From Lama guanicoe (lineage: Eukaryota), in the NCBI GenBank assembly GCA_013239625.1, contig MU053934.1, forward strand, positions 11,877,559-11,936,403: 58,845 bases of DNA. The letters run 5' to 3'. The first letter of the stretch is position 1. Every line of letters begins with the position of its first letter. Below are positions 13,163-26,949 of the stretch, one piece after another. Both the position numbers and the translations under genes were made by a program. A model generated the notes under the pieces. That model had not been told where the DNA came from and made no database searches. It saw only the letters and a program-made list of their open reading frames with translations.

Positions 13163-14989
13163 CGGGGACGGGCCCGGCCCTGCAGGTGAGCGCCACGACA
13201 CTTACTCCTGTCTCGTCTGTAATCAAGAAACACTGAAAGCGCCTTGACGGTCAAGGCACAAAAAATGAATGCCAGGCGTTCATTTCTGGGATGAGAACCT
13301 GCAGCTCAGTGGGTGAACCGAGCCCGTGCGAGCGAAGGAAACCCGTTCTGGAAAACACAGGAGGGCAAGTTGTGGCTGCATTTTATACAAATCGAAATAA
13401 CGTGCCCACAAGGAAGACACACCCTCATGGCGGCACACGTGGCGTGGACGGAACCCAGAGTCGCGGTCCTGGACGCCCCAGGGGGGCCCAGGGCTGGGAG
13501 GGGAGCTCCATCCGTGGCACATGTCTCCTGGGAGGAGGCGGAATGGAGACATCAGGCGAAGGTGCCCCTGCCTCTGTGCACCTGCCTCTCTGAGGTTCAA
13601 TGTCTCACACTAGCAATTGGACCAGGCACGTTAGAACGGAAGTGACAGGGGGTCACTGTGTTCTGAACCTTGGCCCAAGCTCCATAATACGGAATCCGAG
13701 GAGATAAAAGCCCGTCTTCTGGGAAAGCAGTTTTCCAAGGCAGCTCGCCTCGGCCTTCACATCTCAGAAGCACAGCCCTTCAGACCAGCAGAAGACACCG
13801 TACGTAGAAATGCTGACGCGTGGAAAGCACGAAAATAACCTGAATGTCCAATAACACGGCAGTTTTGAGGAGCCTCTGGAACACGTCTGCCGAGGGATGA
13901 CACGCTCCCAGCCGAGGCGGGGATCACGAGAAATGCGTGGAGGTCGGCAAACGGGCAAGAAAGCTGCGGAGAGCGAGCGCGGCCCGCCCCGGCCCGGCCC
14001 AGCCCGGCGGCAGCGGCCAGGGGCACCGGGCTGAGCTGTGCGGGATGGGACTCCGTGACAGCCGCGGGGCTCCCAGCCCAGCAGACCCTCACGGCACCCC
14101 CACCCCCACGTCGTTGACCCGCTCCCTCAGACCCTCCCTCAGCTGGGAGGACAGGTCCAGGGTCCCCATGTTTGATGACAGACGTGTGGCATTTCAGGAC
14201 GGAAACAGACCACTCCGGGAGGGCACGCCGGGCTCCACCATCCATCCACCTGCCCAGCGCTGATTAAGCACATGCTGTGCGCCCGGCTGCACCCAGGAGC
14301 CACCCGGGAAGAGAGTGAAGAAAAGAGACGCGACGCGCCCTCCGGGCTGACCTCTGGGGCACAGGGAGAGCAAAGAAGGCGCCCGGAGGTGGGACGTCGG
14401 CAGCCGGGGAGAGGACAGAGCCGGCAGGGGCGTCGGGAGCGGGTGGGGGGCAGCAGAGGGGGCTCCGGGCAGCGCGTCCCCGACCGAGGCCCCAGGACCC
14501 GGAGGAGAACGGTATCCTCCAGGCCGGCGGCCGCGTCAGCACCGCGCCTCAGACCCCGTGTACGTTTCAGTTATTAGTCCTGCCCATCAATTAAAATTAA
14601 AACCTTAGCCTGCCTGCGGTTCGCCGCTGTTTCATTATTAAAACCCACTGGCGTTTCATAATTTCTCGGCAAAACAAAAGGGAGAGAGATGACTAAAACC
14701 TTCCAGAGATGCTGAACAGAGGTCTTTTTCAGGACAGAGACAAGCAGAGCTGCAGCACGCCGCCTTGCGTAAGCGAACGCCGCGTGCGGGGGCAAATACG
14801 TGGCGGAAACCAAACGGGGTGGGGGACACACGCTAAACGCATCCCACCTAACTCGCGTGCGAGTTGTCGCTGGTTCCTTCGTTTTGCTGAAAAGCTCTTC
14901 GCATTTTTCAAGCTGTCGGAAGAAAGCTCAAATAAAGGGAAATGAGAATGAAACTGGAAATAAAATAAGAGGTGGGAGGTGGGCTGGCC

Positions 14990-15542
14990 ATTCTTCCAAG
15001 AGTCACACAAAAAACTGCGTATGACCAGCAATCCCACGCCCGGGTGTCCGCCAGGAGACCTGAGACAGAGACTCAGACACACTCGGACACAACGCTCACA
15101 GCAGCAGAGCCGCGGCAGCCAAGAGGAGGCCACAGCCCGGCGCCCCCAGCTGATGGTGGGCGCACAGAGGTGGCCCGTCCTCTGCACGGAGCACGGCCCA
15201 GCCTCAGCAAGGAACGAAGCTCTGACACTGGCCACAACACGGCGAACCCTGAAGGCATCACGCTCAGTGAAGGACACCAGCCCAAAAGGGCAAAGACCGT
15301 GCGGATCCACAGACGGGAAGTGTCAGAACAGCAAACCCGTGGAGACAGGGGGCAGGGTGGTGGCTGCCGCGGGCCGGGGGAGGGGAGGGTGGGCGGTGGC
15401 TGCTGATGGGGGTCCCCTCTTGGGGGGGGAAGTGTTTCAGAGCTGGATGGAGGTGGTGGCCCCACAACACTGTGGATGCACTAAATGCCCCTGAACTGCT
15501 CACCCTAAAATGATTATGTCACATGAATCTCACCTCAGTGAA
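14990..15542 (+). mobile_element. LINE-1 3' end (L1MB-like), strongly GC-shifted
   Basis: cagcaatcccac..., aaggaacgaagctctgacac, aaccctgaaggcatcacgctcagtgaag and gcactaaatgcccctgaactgctcaccctaaaatg follow the L1MB 3'UTR layout. Confidence 0.8.
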
Positions 15543-18500
15543 GTCAGACAAAATGAGGAAGCTAGAGGGATGACCCCTGGGGCTGAAAGAGCTGCGTGCA
15601 AACTAAGGAGCAGCCCCAGGTCGGGTGCGGGGGGCCGGCGCCCCCAGGTTGGGTGCGGGTAAGGCACCACCCTGCAAGGCCTGGCCCCGGGAACATTTCC
15701 TTCACCGGGAGCATGACTGGACGATGTCTGTTTTCAGCTTTTGGAGTCAGTGACAGACAAAGCGGGAAGGCCAGCTGTGGCCCCACGTCCATGTCAGCAG
15801 ACGTCACGGTGAGAGCAGTGGGGAGGTGGGAGGAGGCGCAGGCCCTCTCTGCCCCTAGAGGAGACCCCGAGACAAGCAAGAAGAAGGAGACCAGGAGGAG
15901 ATGAGGAGAGGGCTGAGTGTGGACCTGAGTCTGGGGGCTGGGTGGTCACTCTGCAGGCGCGGGACCCTGGGGGGCTGCGTCCCGAGGTGAGCGCTGGCCA
16001 GAGGAGGCTGCAGGTGAGGAAGGAGCCTGTGCCACACTCGGGTGTGGCAGGTGTGCAAGGCTGCTTCAACAGAGAGAACCTGGCATATCTGAGAATGTTC
16101 CACCCGAAATACCCAAAGCGAAGTAACAAAGCGCTGGTCACTGCCTCCCACCTGCCACCTGCCACCTGCCTCCCACCTGGACAGGGACCCAGGTGCCCCG
16201 GCCCCCTGTCCCCTCACTGGTCTGATATGAGCCTCCCCATCTGCAGACCCGACCTTGTCACCTCCCACCCAAGGGCCAGCCCTGCCCACCACCCCCAGGC
16301 GCCCTGGTTCCCTCCCCTAGACTGGGGCGGGAGCTCTGCCTGTTAGACACGGCGCCCCGCTCCAAACAGATGCCCTGGCCCCAGCGTGGGGTCTCCTCTT
16401 CCTAGCTTCCCTCAGAGACCCCCATGGGCAGAGCCTGCGGCCTCCCCCATCCATCGGACCCACTCCCTGTGCCCCAGGCTCGGAGCCAAGGCCACAGCCA
16501 CCCCGAGGAGCCAGCTGAGCGGGTTCTGGGCTCGCTCAGTCTCTTGTGACGATAAACATCCATTCACAGAAGCTGGGCGGGCGGGTGAACACTGGACCCC
16601 TTCCCTGACTCCCTCCGCCACCCCTCCCCCTGTAAACCCATTCTGTGCAGGGATTTCTCATTTGATGCCTGAGAATTTGGTGGAGGTAAGGGCTAATCTC
16701 CTATGAGTCCTCCTCGTAGGAGAGAACTTGGTTTATGGTGCCAAGAATTTGCCCGTTGTCCCAAATCATCTGTCCTCTGTCTTGAGCAGAAGCAGCCGAT
16801 CCCCAGCGGAGCGGCCCCTCCATCTCCTGGCTGCAGAGAGAGTCCCTTTCAGACCCCCGGTCGTGGGATCCTGGACTCCAGGTTTGTCACTGGAAGCAGG
16901 CTCGGCCCCGTGCCCACCGACAGCATTAAGGTGTTCTGGACGGATCAGATCATTTTGGGTTGCAAGCTGTGCCCGGCCAGGCACCTGAGAACTGTCACGT
17001 CTGATTAGACTGTGGTGCATTGAGCTAGACTGTTAGCGCGAGGCCACGAGCGTAGGGGGATGGGGAGGCGGCGATCCAGAAAGGACGGGGCTGGCCCATG
17101 GCTGCCTCTCCCACCACCTCTGCTGGCATGACTGCTCTGTTGACACCAGCCAACAAGAGGGGGAAGACCCAAAACAATGGCATCGGCATAGACGGCGGGA
17201 CCGGAGCCCGCCACGCCCTCCTCTGAGGGTCTACGCTCTTTCCCCAACGAGACAATGGAAGTGCGAGGGCGGGAGCTCTGACCTCCCGCCTCCCGACTCT
17301 GGCAGCCGGGCAGCACAGAGGGCCTGGAGCCGGAGGCCACCTGCCTCCGCTCGGATGGGCAGAGCCCACCTGCGTGAGGGGCCCGGGAGGGTCTTCTCAC
17401 CCCGAGCGTCCCCCCGGCTTGCCCGCCGGCTGCTGCCTTCAGAGAGGTCAGAGAGGAGTGAGCTCACCCCACGGTGCGCCCGCCGTCGGGGCCAGCCCAG
17501 ACGGACTGAGCCCGGGGCCCCCAGCACGCCATCAGGGCCTGTGTCGGGGCCCCAGCAGGAGCCCCCAGAGCGAGAGGGTGGGGGAGCAGCCCAGAGAGAG
17601 AACTGGGGCTCGAGTTACCCCAAACGCGGAGCCCAGGCCCCGGAGAAAGAGTGCATCGTGAGGCCGGGAGGCAGCCGGTAGGCAGTGGGGCAGGTTAGGG
17701 CTCACGGAGCAGCCCCCAGGCGCTCCCACCGCCCTGCACCACCGCCCGGCGTGGCACCCGGCTCACCGCGTGCGACCTGTAACCTAACTGAGCGCGTCTG
17801 ATCAAGTCAGAGGCGTGTCGGATGGGCGGCCCCTCCTTCACAGCCCCTGGAGTGGACTGTGCCCCACCCCGGCCGCGGCCCCTGGTCAGCGACCACAAGG
17901 AGCTGGGGTCGGGCTGCCGGGCATAACCAGACCGCACGTCCCGCTTCCCGGCCCACACACCCCCCCGGAAGTGGACGCTTCAGGCAAAGCCATCGCGACT
18001 GTGCATCCAGACCGGCTCGGCCCCACCCCGCCCCCACCCCGGGCTGCTGAGGGGATTGCCCAAAAGGGGTCCGCGGTTAGACGAGTGTGGGGAACACAGG
18101 CCGCAAGGTGACATGGGACCCTCAGTGTAGACACAACGTGTGTTCCCCAAGAGGGCTGGAGCGGGCAGCTAGGCCTTCTGACGGGCAAGCTCTCCTGACG
18201 GATTTGGGAACGTGGACCTCACTTAGAACACGCACGTCCGAAGCGGCTCAGCTGGCGGAGGAGGAGCGGGGCCACACCACAGCTCGAGGAAGGAGGGGCG
18301 TCCACGCACGGGCCAAACCCAGTCCAGTCCAGACGCTGAAAGGTGGAGCAGGTGCTTCCCCCTAGTGGACAATCTCCCTCCAATTCTCTTCCAACAGAAC
18401 AAGCCCCGCAGAGCTGGTCTGATGGAGGAGAGGCAGGAAGGGTGGGCGCAGGCCCCTCGGGCCCAGAGCGAGGGGAGGGGGCTACCTTCCCCAGCCGGCC

Positions 18501-18572
18501 TGTCTTGTGGTGCTCGCCTTTCTGACAAGGTCCAGCCAAGAACAGGTGCAAACACACAGACAGTGCCCTTCA

Positions 18573-18575
<3 letters not shown>

Positions 18576-18609
<34 letters not shown>
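18576..18609. repeat. (CA)n microsatellite
   Basis: Directly visible. Confidence 0.97.
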
Positions 18610-18613
<4 letters not shown>

Positions 18614-19099
18614 AAGCCAGAGGCCAGCACTGTGCGCAGCCTCCCAGGGGACTCCACACGTGGAAATACACCTGGAGGGAAGTTCAAGGGTCAAGGAAGG
18701 ATCTCCATTTCCTGAAACCCAGAAACGGGGGCTAGGTCATTCCATCCACGCTTCCTGCAGAGCATGGAAAAGGCTGCCCAGAACACAGGCTCGCCTCCTG
18801 AGGCATCCTTTCTCCCCATTGAGGTACAGCAGACAAGATTTTTAAATGACTTCAGCATCGTGATTAAAACATGAGTTAATGAACATACACAGAACATTAA
18901 ATATGACACATTTCACACTTTCTTTTCCACACTCCCAAAGCACTTACGAAAACTTCCTATGTACCAGGCCATCACCCATCACCCTGGGCCATGGAACCTG
19001 TTTCCGGAATTGGTGTCACACACAGTGTGTCCCCGAGCACAGGGCAGTCGAGGTCGGACGCCGTAACGAGTAACTACGCATATCCAGAGTCTGGACACA

Positions 19100-20700
19100 A
19101 AGAAGCCACTTCTGAGGCATCAGGGAGGGAAGACACAGCGACTGAGACTGGGAAACAGCTTTAAATGCGTGACGGAAATCTGACGCACCGAGCTCGGGCC
19201 GCGCAGTCACGCGCAGAGGAAAGCGCTCTGGCCTCAAAGGCTCAAATCAGAAGAGGAGCCTCAAAACTGATGTTTCCAGGAGCCAGAAAGTGAACAGCAA
19301 AACAAACAGGCTTAGACTTTAAAGCAGTGATAGCATCAAAAATTAGTGAAAGTGAGAGCAGCTGAACAGCAGAGGGGACGGGACAAAACGTATCTTCCAC
19401 GTGACTAACAACACGGAAGAACTTGCGGTAAAATCAAGGAGGAAAACCGATGACAAAAATAACCCACATGAGGGCTCTCACAGCAGCTGTGCAGGCGTCG
19501 AGCAGACGTCTGTGGACAACTTAATGCCAATAGACGTGAAGATCTGGACCACACGGACCAACTGCTAGAAGAAATATAACTTAACAAAAGCTTAGTCGAG
19601 GAGAAATAGAAAACTTGCAAAGTCCTACAATCATAGAGAAACTCAGTCTCAGAAACAAACGTCTTCCTACAAAGCAGAGTCCAGGCGCACAGGCGTCCCA
19701 GCAGCCCCGTCAGAGGCCCGGCCTTGCACAAACCTCCCCGCAGGCCAGAGGAAGGTCTTCCAATGGTTTTCATTCACTTAGCACAACCCTCACATCCAAA
19801 CCCACTTACGGCTGTTTTCAAAAGGAAAGTTTCAGGCCAGCCTCATCCACAAACTCAGACATAAAATTCACAAACATTGTCAAACCAAATTTACCAATAA
19901 CTAAGACTAGTGCCTCGTGGGCACAGAGGATTTATCCCAGAAATTCACGGTTTGGCACAGAGAACCCAGCACCAGCATCAAAGGAATTCACCCCAGGCTC
20001 CGAGGAAAGGAGAAAGCCATTTGTCAGCTCAATAGATACAGAAGAATTTGAAAAAAATCCAACATTCAGTCAAAACAAAAATTTTAAAACTTCAGTTAAG
20101 CAAGACGAGAAGATCGCTTACTCTGAAACAAGGCATCAATTTTAAAAATAAAATAAAATAAAATAAAATAAAATAAAATAAAATAAAATAAAATAAAATA
20201 CAGAGGACACCACCCTTGGCTGCGAGACGCGGGAAGGTGCCCTCTAAGATGAGAAGAAGCCAAACATTCTTCTTCCCATCAAGTCAGGATGGGCTGGAGG
20301 CCTACGTGCCCTCCAAAAAAAAACAAGGCCATAAGGATTGAAAAATAAGATGCAAACTGTACCTATCCACAGATGACAAGAGAAATTAGCTACAGATAAA
20401 CTGCAGGAATTAATAAGAGAGCTTAGCAAGACCACCCAGGGCAAAATCAATACAGCAGAATCAATTACTTCCACATAAACAGCTGGAAAACGCAGGTTTT
20501 GGAAAGCCCCATTTACAACAACACAGGGAAATGGCTGCGATCTAGAGTGTGTGTCGCAGAGGAAGCGCTCAACGCCCACCGAGGGTTCTGTGGCCCTTCA
20601 CAGGAACGTCACGGGAGACCGCAGTTACAGCGTTGCTTATACCCACGAACGGGAACACCTAATCCAGCAAAGACGTCCGTTGTTCCCAGACGACCCGCAA
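19100..20700 (+). mobile_element. Old LINE-1 ORF2 fragment (RT region), interrupted by (AAAAT)n
   Basis: tcttcctacaaagcagagtccaggc, tcaatagatacagaagaatttgaaaaaaatccaacattc and aaaatcaatacagcagaatcaatt are typical of L1 ORF2. Confidence 0.8.
20144..20200. repeat. (AAAAT)n microsatellite
   Basis: Directly visible, ~11 units. Confidence 0.97.
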
Positions 20701-21499
20701 AACTGACCTGCGTGGAGCTTGCCGAGCGGGGTCTGCAACCCCTACGTGAGGGCGAAGGTCGGGTGATGACGGTGATCCTGAGCATCACCGCGGGGACAGC
20801 GCTCTGCCAGGCTCCCAGGGCGCTACGAAACTGGCGAGCGGGGCGCGCTGGTGCTGGCTCCCGGTCCGACAGGGGGGCCGCGGAGGCAGGAACCAGCCGC
20901 GTCGGAGCAGGCGCGCACGGACGGCAGCTCGTGCAGGGGGTGGGGCTGCCTCAGAGCGCCCAACGAGCGTGGTCTTCTCAGTAAGTGGCGGGGGAACTCC
21001 GACGTCCACGTGGAAGTAAGGAAGCCGACCCTGACCACCCCCCACCCCGGGGCAGCAAGGTTTCCTGTAAGTACCTCGGCCGCGAAGAGCCGCGTGGCTG
21101 CGTCTGCCCCGCCGCTCAGCTCAGCCAGTGGGCAAACGACACGGAGACAACTGGGGACGGCTGTGTCCCAGTGAACCTTCACTGACAGAGCCGGCTGTGG
21201 CCGATTCGGCCCTGGGCTAGGCTTCGCTAACCCGTGCCAGACCCCAAAGTCAGTCCTCGCGAATCACAGACCTAAGCATGAAAGACGAACCAGATAGTTA
21301 TTAAAAGACAAGACGGAAAATACCTTTGCGACCTGGGGGAGAGATGCAGGCCTCCACACGGCCCGGTGAAAACCCTAACCATCAAAGGAAATGCTGAGAG
21401 ACCAGCTGATTTAAATCGCGAGCTAGAGTCGGTGACTCTGTACGGTGTGACTGAAATCTGCCGGAGAGTGAACAAATCTTCTCAGAAAAAAATATATAC

Positions 21500-21635
21500 A
21501 CATGTAGCAACGGACGTGATAACGAACAAGATGGGGATCCTTTCTCAGTGCAGGTGTATGTGAAATCACCACAATGTACACTTCAAATACCTCACAACTT
21601 TGTCAGTTATAGTTCAATAAAGCTAAAAAAATAAA
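21500..21635 (+). mobile_element. LINE-1 extreme 3' end
   Basis: aatgtacacttcaaatacctcacaactttgtcagttatagttcaataaagctaaaaaaa: polyA signal plus A tail. Confidence 0.7.
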
Positions 21636-21689
21636 ATACAGTCAAACAAGCTAACACTAAAAATATAAATTAGAAATTAAAAAATTAAA

Positions 21690-22062
21690 CTGTCCATCAA
21701 CAGATAAATGGATGAAAAAGATATTTATGTGTGGAATATTACTCAGCCATAAAAAAGAATGGAATTTTGCCATTTGCAGCAACATGGGTAGACTTGGAAG
21801 GCATTACATTAAGTGAAATAGATCAGAGAAAGACAAACACTGTATGATATCACATGTGGAATTTTTTTAAAACAATAGACTAGTGAATAAAACAAAAAAG
21901 AAATAGATTTACAGATACAGAGAATAAACTAGTGGTTCCCAGTGGTGGGGGGACAATACAGGAGTGAGAGGCAAAGGGGGTTATGGGATTACATGAAATC
22001 ATGGGTGTGAAACAGGAAAACTGTAACACACTACAGAATTTAAAGAATCTTTCACTCAAGCA
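21690..22062 (+). mobile_element. LINE-1 3' end
   Basis: tgtccatcaacagataaatggat...ggaatattactcagccataaaaaagaatggaattttgccatttgcagcaacatgg. Confidence 0.92.
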
Positions 22063-24899
22063 AAGACACATGAAAGAAAACAATTAAAAATAAATTAAAA
22101 ACTTAGGTTCACCAAAGGATACCCTGTGACCAATCAAAACCTGAAATCCAGGATCCATAAAGAACTCCTAGAGATCAACGTTTTCTTAAAGGCTGAAAAA
22201 ACAGCAGAAAAAACAGACAAATGTTTCAAACAGGCCCCTGATAAAAGAGGAGCTCCAAATGGGCCGAAACGAAAACCTGTCCAGGAAGGCCGACTCCAGC
22301 CATGCTGGCAGCACCGCACACACCACACCCGCAGACCGCAGGGGGAGGGCGTCAGAGGGACCCTCGGACCAGCCCCGCGAGGGCAGTGCTCCTGCGGGAA
22401 CCTCAGCTCTCTCCCGCTCCAGCTCCTGGGGTGGGGTGCCCGCCTGGCGGTGGGGCCCAGAGATGACCGTCCGCTCCAGCGGGGCGGGAGTCCAGGTGCC
22501 TGCAGAGCCCTGGCCCACCTCCCACGAGCACAGAGACACACATGTACACACACAGACATAAACATGCGCGCACACGCGCACACACACACACACACGGACA
22601 CACGGACACCGGCCCTGCCCCCTCACTCCCATCCCCCACCCTGGTCAGAACAGAGCCAGGTGGGGGGACAGGACACAAGGAGGAGATATGGGGCGGTCTG
22701 GCCGGGACCACCCAGAGGAAACAGGTGCAGTGTGAATGCGGCCGGAACAAGGGGTCCTCTTGTGGTCCCCGAGGCCACAGTGAGGAGGAGGCAGAGCAGG
22801 GTGGGCCCTCCAGCTGAGGAGCCCCCCCGGGAGGTCAAGATGCACAGATCAGAGTGACCACGACCAGGGGCTGTGAGACCCGGGGAGCAGGACAAGGGGC
22901 GGCTGGAAGGTGGGCGGGAGAGCGCAGGGGGGCTGGGAGGCAAGAGGGGCGACAGTGGGTGTCAGCCTGTGTCCCCGTCCCCACCGTGTTCCCATACACC
23001 CCGCCCAGCACGGGGCACGCGGGGGTGGGGGTGTCTGTGTGGGTGTGTCCCCGGCATGGCCCGGGGGCGTGTGCACAGTGGCCCACGTGTTCCAAGGACT
23101 GAGCTGTGCCCGGGGCCGGGACAGATGCCCCGACCCTCCAACGAGCGAGAGGGCACGAGCCCGTCCTGCAGTCCTCACGCCTTGTCCGCGGTGACCCGGT
23201 TACAGCCCGTTCCAATCTGTCCAGGTGTCAAAGCGTGCCTTCCGTCTTGGCTCGGGCTCCGTGGTTCTATGTGCTGCTGAAACCTTTGGAGACGAATTCT
23301 CACTTCAAAAACGCTGTGTTCGGAGCTGACGGCCAGATCGCAGGTGCTGGAACAAGCTCCCAAGGAACCACAGGCGCCCGTGAGCCGCCAGCCATGCCGC
23401 GAGCAGGACGGACAGGCAGCCAGCTGGACTGCGCTCCCTTCCATCCATCCCTCGTCATCCACCGGACGGAACACGGGCTGACCCTGATGGGGACCCTCGG
23501 GGGGACGGCCACTTTCTGCCCAAACAGCAGGCCCTGGACTGTGGACAGGATCTCTCGGCAACGCTGCTGGTTAGTGCACTTTGAGAATTTCCTGTGAAAC
23601 CTCAGAGAACTGCCTCTCGACCGTTGATGGGCTGGCACTTGAACAAACATCCCAACAAATGAAGCTTCAGAAGACGCAGGCGAGGAGCCCACAGTTTGTG
23701 AATGGGAACCACCCCTCCTTGGGGAGTAGGGGCCGCGGATGCAGCCTTCCTGTAAACAGGAGCCCCCCCCACCGCCAGCCACCACTTAAGGCATTGAAAC
23801 ACTCGCCTGAGACAGCGGCTCCTGAAGAAGGAAAACACAAAGTCCTGGACCCTCGACCGCTGTCACCAGCAGAAATAAGGGCGAGGCCACAGACATCACC
23901 GCCCTCCAGCACCTTCTAACACATGCACCGTCAAGACTGGCCCCAGAGCAGGGCCAGGCGCGCGTGGAAACACACACCCCTGCAGTCTTATATCCCTTCT
24001 TTGTTACCGAACTTGAGTTCTGCATGTGGGAACTGAAGCTTCCAACCTTGAATGTGCTGAGGATCAGAAACAAGGCGGCCTGTTCATTGATTCCAGCGGG
24101 GCAAGGGGGAGCCCCAGGCCAGGCACCCGAGTCAGCAGGACCAGGGCCGTCAGGGAATCTGAGACGCATCCTCTTCCCGGACCAAAATGCTGTGTCTGTG
24201 AGCGGCAGACAGAGCAATGGGAGCAGACACCCTCGATGTCCTGGAAAGCAGCTGGCGCTCCAGCCAGGACCCCGTCCCCGGAGGAGCTGGATGGGAGCAA
24301 TGGCCTTGGGCGGAGAGCACGCACGGCCACCGTGCTCCTGCCTGGACACAGGTCAGGACAGAGGGTCAGGGAAGCGAGAGGAGAGTAGCGGTCCTTCCCA
24401 GGTCAGAGCTGACCACTGAGGACTCGACTGCCCTCTCACAAACCCAGGGGACCCCACGCTTGTGCACCGAGGTCCATCAGGTCAGAGTGGCCTGAGCTGG
24501 ATCTGATCACTGGGGGTCGGGGGTGGGGGGTCCTCCTGGACCAACAAATTCTGCTCCCTCTCAGCCGGGGCAGCCGAGGGCTGGGTCTTCCACACATCAC
24601 AGCCGAGGGAGGCGGCCTCACGGCAAAGCCATTGCTGCCCCAAGGAAACAGAACGGACATACTCAAGAACCAGCGCACTGACAGAGACGAGGCTACGTCA
24701 GTCTCGTGGCAAAATAAGGACGGGCGGGGGTCAGCTCACCGAGGAGTTTGATTTTAAAGTGTTTCTTGTGCTACTAAACGACCTCAGGGAAACAGCCACG
24801 TCAGGTCCCAGAACCAAACTCACACGATTCTGCTGACAAAGGGGAGCAGGGACGGTGAGGGACCAGCAGCGGGTGGGGCCCCGACTGACAAGCCACCGT

Positions 24900-26330
24900 A
24901 ACAGCAGTAATGACTGAAAACCGTCATCTTATACGGACAAAAGTTACGACCTGAATACTGAAATTACTGTAGTGAACTTGGGTGAGCTTAATAATAACAA
25001 GGCACTGAAATTCTTGTGTGAGACCGAGACTAACAAAAATATTTTCAAATTTGGCAGGAAGGCAATTATGGTGAAAGAACCTCACCTACAGCTCAGTCTT
25101 CAAACACGGAAACAGACGAGACCGATGGGGAAATGACAATGTGATTGATAAGGCTGACTTAACGAATGCCCTGCACAGGCACAGCACCTACTCTGCCTCT
25201 AAAATCCATGAAGGATTTGCAAGCGTTGGCCATAAAAAAGGTCGCAGGATAGAAACCATGGTAAATTGTAACAGAGAAGAACAACAGGCTTACGGTCTGA
25301 AGACGGTACAGCCACACCAGGAAACACCACCAAAACGAACAAAGCTTAAGGCGAAGTCCAGCCGTGCGCTAACTTAAAACACGTGCATGAATAATGCTCC
25401 GTTTAAAGAGAAAATCAATACTCTAAACGTAAGCTTTCCGAAAAGCACAAGGATTTTGAGTGGACATGCCAACAGTGCGGCCGTGGCCCCTCCTGAGGGG
25501 CGGCCCAGGTTTCAGACTCAACAGAAGACAAGGGAACCGGAGGCTGCGACCCGAAACGCCCAGAGCTGCAAGGAGGACAGGGAGGCGGGGGAGGGGCCTC
25601 GGGGGGAGTGCGGAAAGCCAGGACTTCTGCCTCTAGAACTCTGAAAAACAGCTGGTTCTTTGGGGAAAGAGCCAAGGAAGTAAAGAAGCCTCTGAAAACC
25701 AGCGGAAAAGAAGGCAGAACACACCAAGGTGCAAACACGCTTCACGGCAGCAGAACCCGGCAGCAAACGCCAGTCCCGGGAGAGCGCAGCTCCCTAAAAG
25801 GCGCTCGAGACGCAGAAAGCCTGAGTGGGCGATAACCAGACAGCAAAGGTGGCCCCGACCACCTCGGAAAGTGGCCGTGAGCCCAGGGTCCCACCGAGGA
25901 GCACTTGGAAACGACAAATCAGGAACCGTTCCAAAGCATGAAAAATAGGAAGCTCGGCCTGATGCCTTTGAAGCCTGGAAGACTCTTAATTCCAAGGAAA
26001 TCAACGTTATTTGGTGAAAAATCAACATTTCCTCATGGGGAAAAAGGAAGGAAGATGTTTATAATCTAGAGATAAGAGAGCACCCACTTTTCAGGACAAA
26101 CATTATTTTCAGTTCTAAGCTTCCTCACATGTAAGGAGGAAAACCCCCATTAAACACATGGCTGGTGATACCCACTGTCTGCACTGTTATTAAACATTGT
26201 TTTAGCAGTTTAGTCAAAGCAACCACATATGACAGAAAGCAGAGGGAGGAGTACTTGCAGGCGGTGTAACCTGAAAACTGAAAAAAATAAATCAGCTGAA
26301 AAGAAGGAAATGATCAGTAGCACCAACAAC
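24900..26330 (+). mobile_element. Very old LINE-1 ORF2 remnants (patchy)
   Basis: A-rich decayed text resembling the endonuclease/RT regions (gattgataaggctgacttaacg..., ttaattccaaggaaatcaacg..., aaaatcaacatttcctc). Confidence 0.5.
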
Positions 26331-26406
26331 TTTGGAAAGTAAATGAAGAGTACATCCCAGGTCTCTGCCAAAGAGCGGCAGTAACGGAGACGGCCCACAG
26401 GACCAA

Positions 26407-26504
26407 CCACGGGAATATGCCCACGGGAACATGACCACGGGAACAGGACCACGGGAACACGCCCACGGGAACATGCCCAGGGCAACATGGCCACAGGAGC
26501 ATGC
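26407..26504. repeat. 14-bp minisatellite, 7 copies (approx. CCACGGGAACATGC)
   Basis: Units start at 26407, 26421, 26435, 26449, 26463, 26477 and 26491. Confidence 0.93.
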
Positions 26505-26949
26505 TTGTTCGCAGGAGCCTCACAGCCATGGAGCCATGAACAAGATAAGGACCCTGGGGTCCTGGAGAATCAGCCTCAGAGCCTCCCTGGGCCACAGGCA
26601 CATCGAGTAACCAAGGCAGATCCCACGCTGGTGTCCAGGCCCCCGTCCAGCACCTGCTGTGCCCATCGGGCAACAGCAGTGGTGAGAATGGGCCTCCTGG
26701 TGCATCCGGGCCGGATGGGACCTAGAAGGAGTCCTGGGGGTGGAGAGGAGGGGAGGACCCCAGCTGACCAGTGGACAGCCAGGTACCCAGGAAGGAGGAG
26801 AGTTTGCACCAGGAGAGGGATGGGTGGGCTGCTGGACACAGGGGCCACGCAGGGCTCAGAGACAGGAATGTGATCCCAGGGGGTCAGGCTGGCCCCCAAC
26901 AGAGTGACTTCTGTGTCAGAGCTGGAGCCTGGGGCCACAAACATCAAGC

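Noticed and set aside
16697..16723. 11-bp hairpin TCTCCTATGAG / CTCGTAGGAGA
   Set aside because: Short, with one G-U pair; plausible by chance in 59 kb, with no ncRNA context.
20778..20805. REST/RE1-like GGACAGCGC half-site
   Set aside because: The left half (TCAGCACC) and the spacing do not fit.
23581..23919. 112-aa ORF with plausible composition
   Set aside because: Non-ATG start, no motif, and no supporting exon structure.
6469..26504. CRISPR-like interpretation of the tandem arrays
   Set aside because: Units are directly adjacent with no unique spacers, there are no cas genes, and the context is mammalian.
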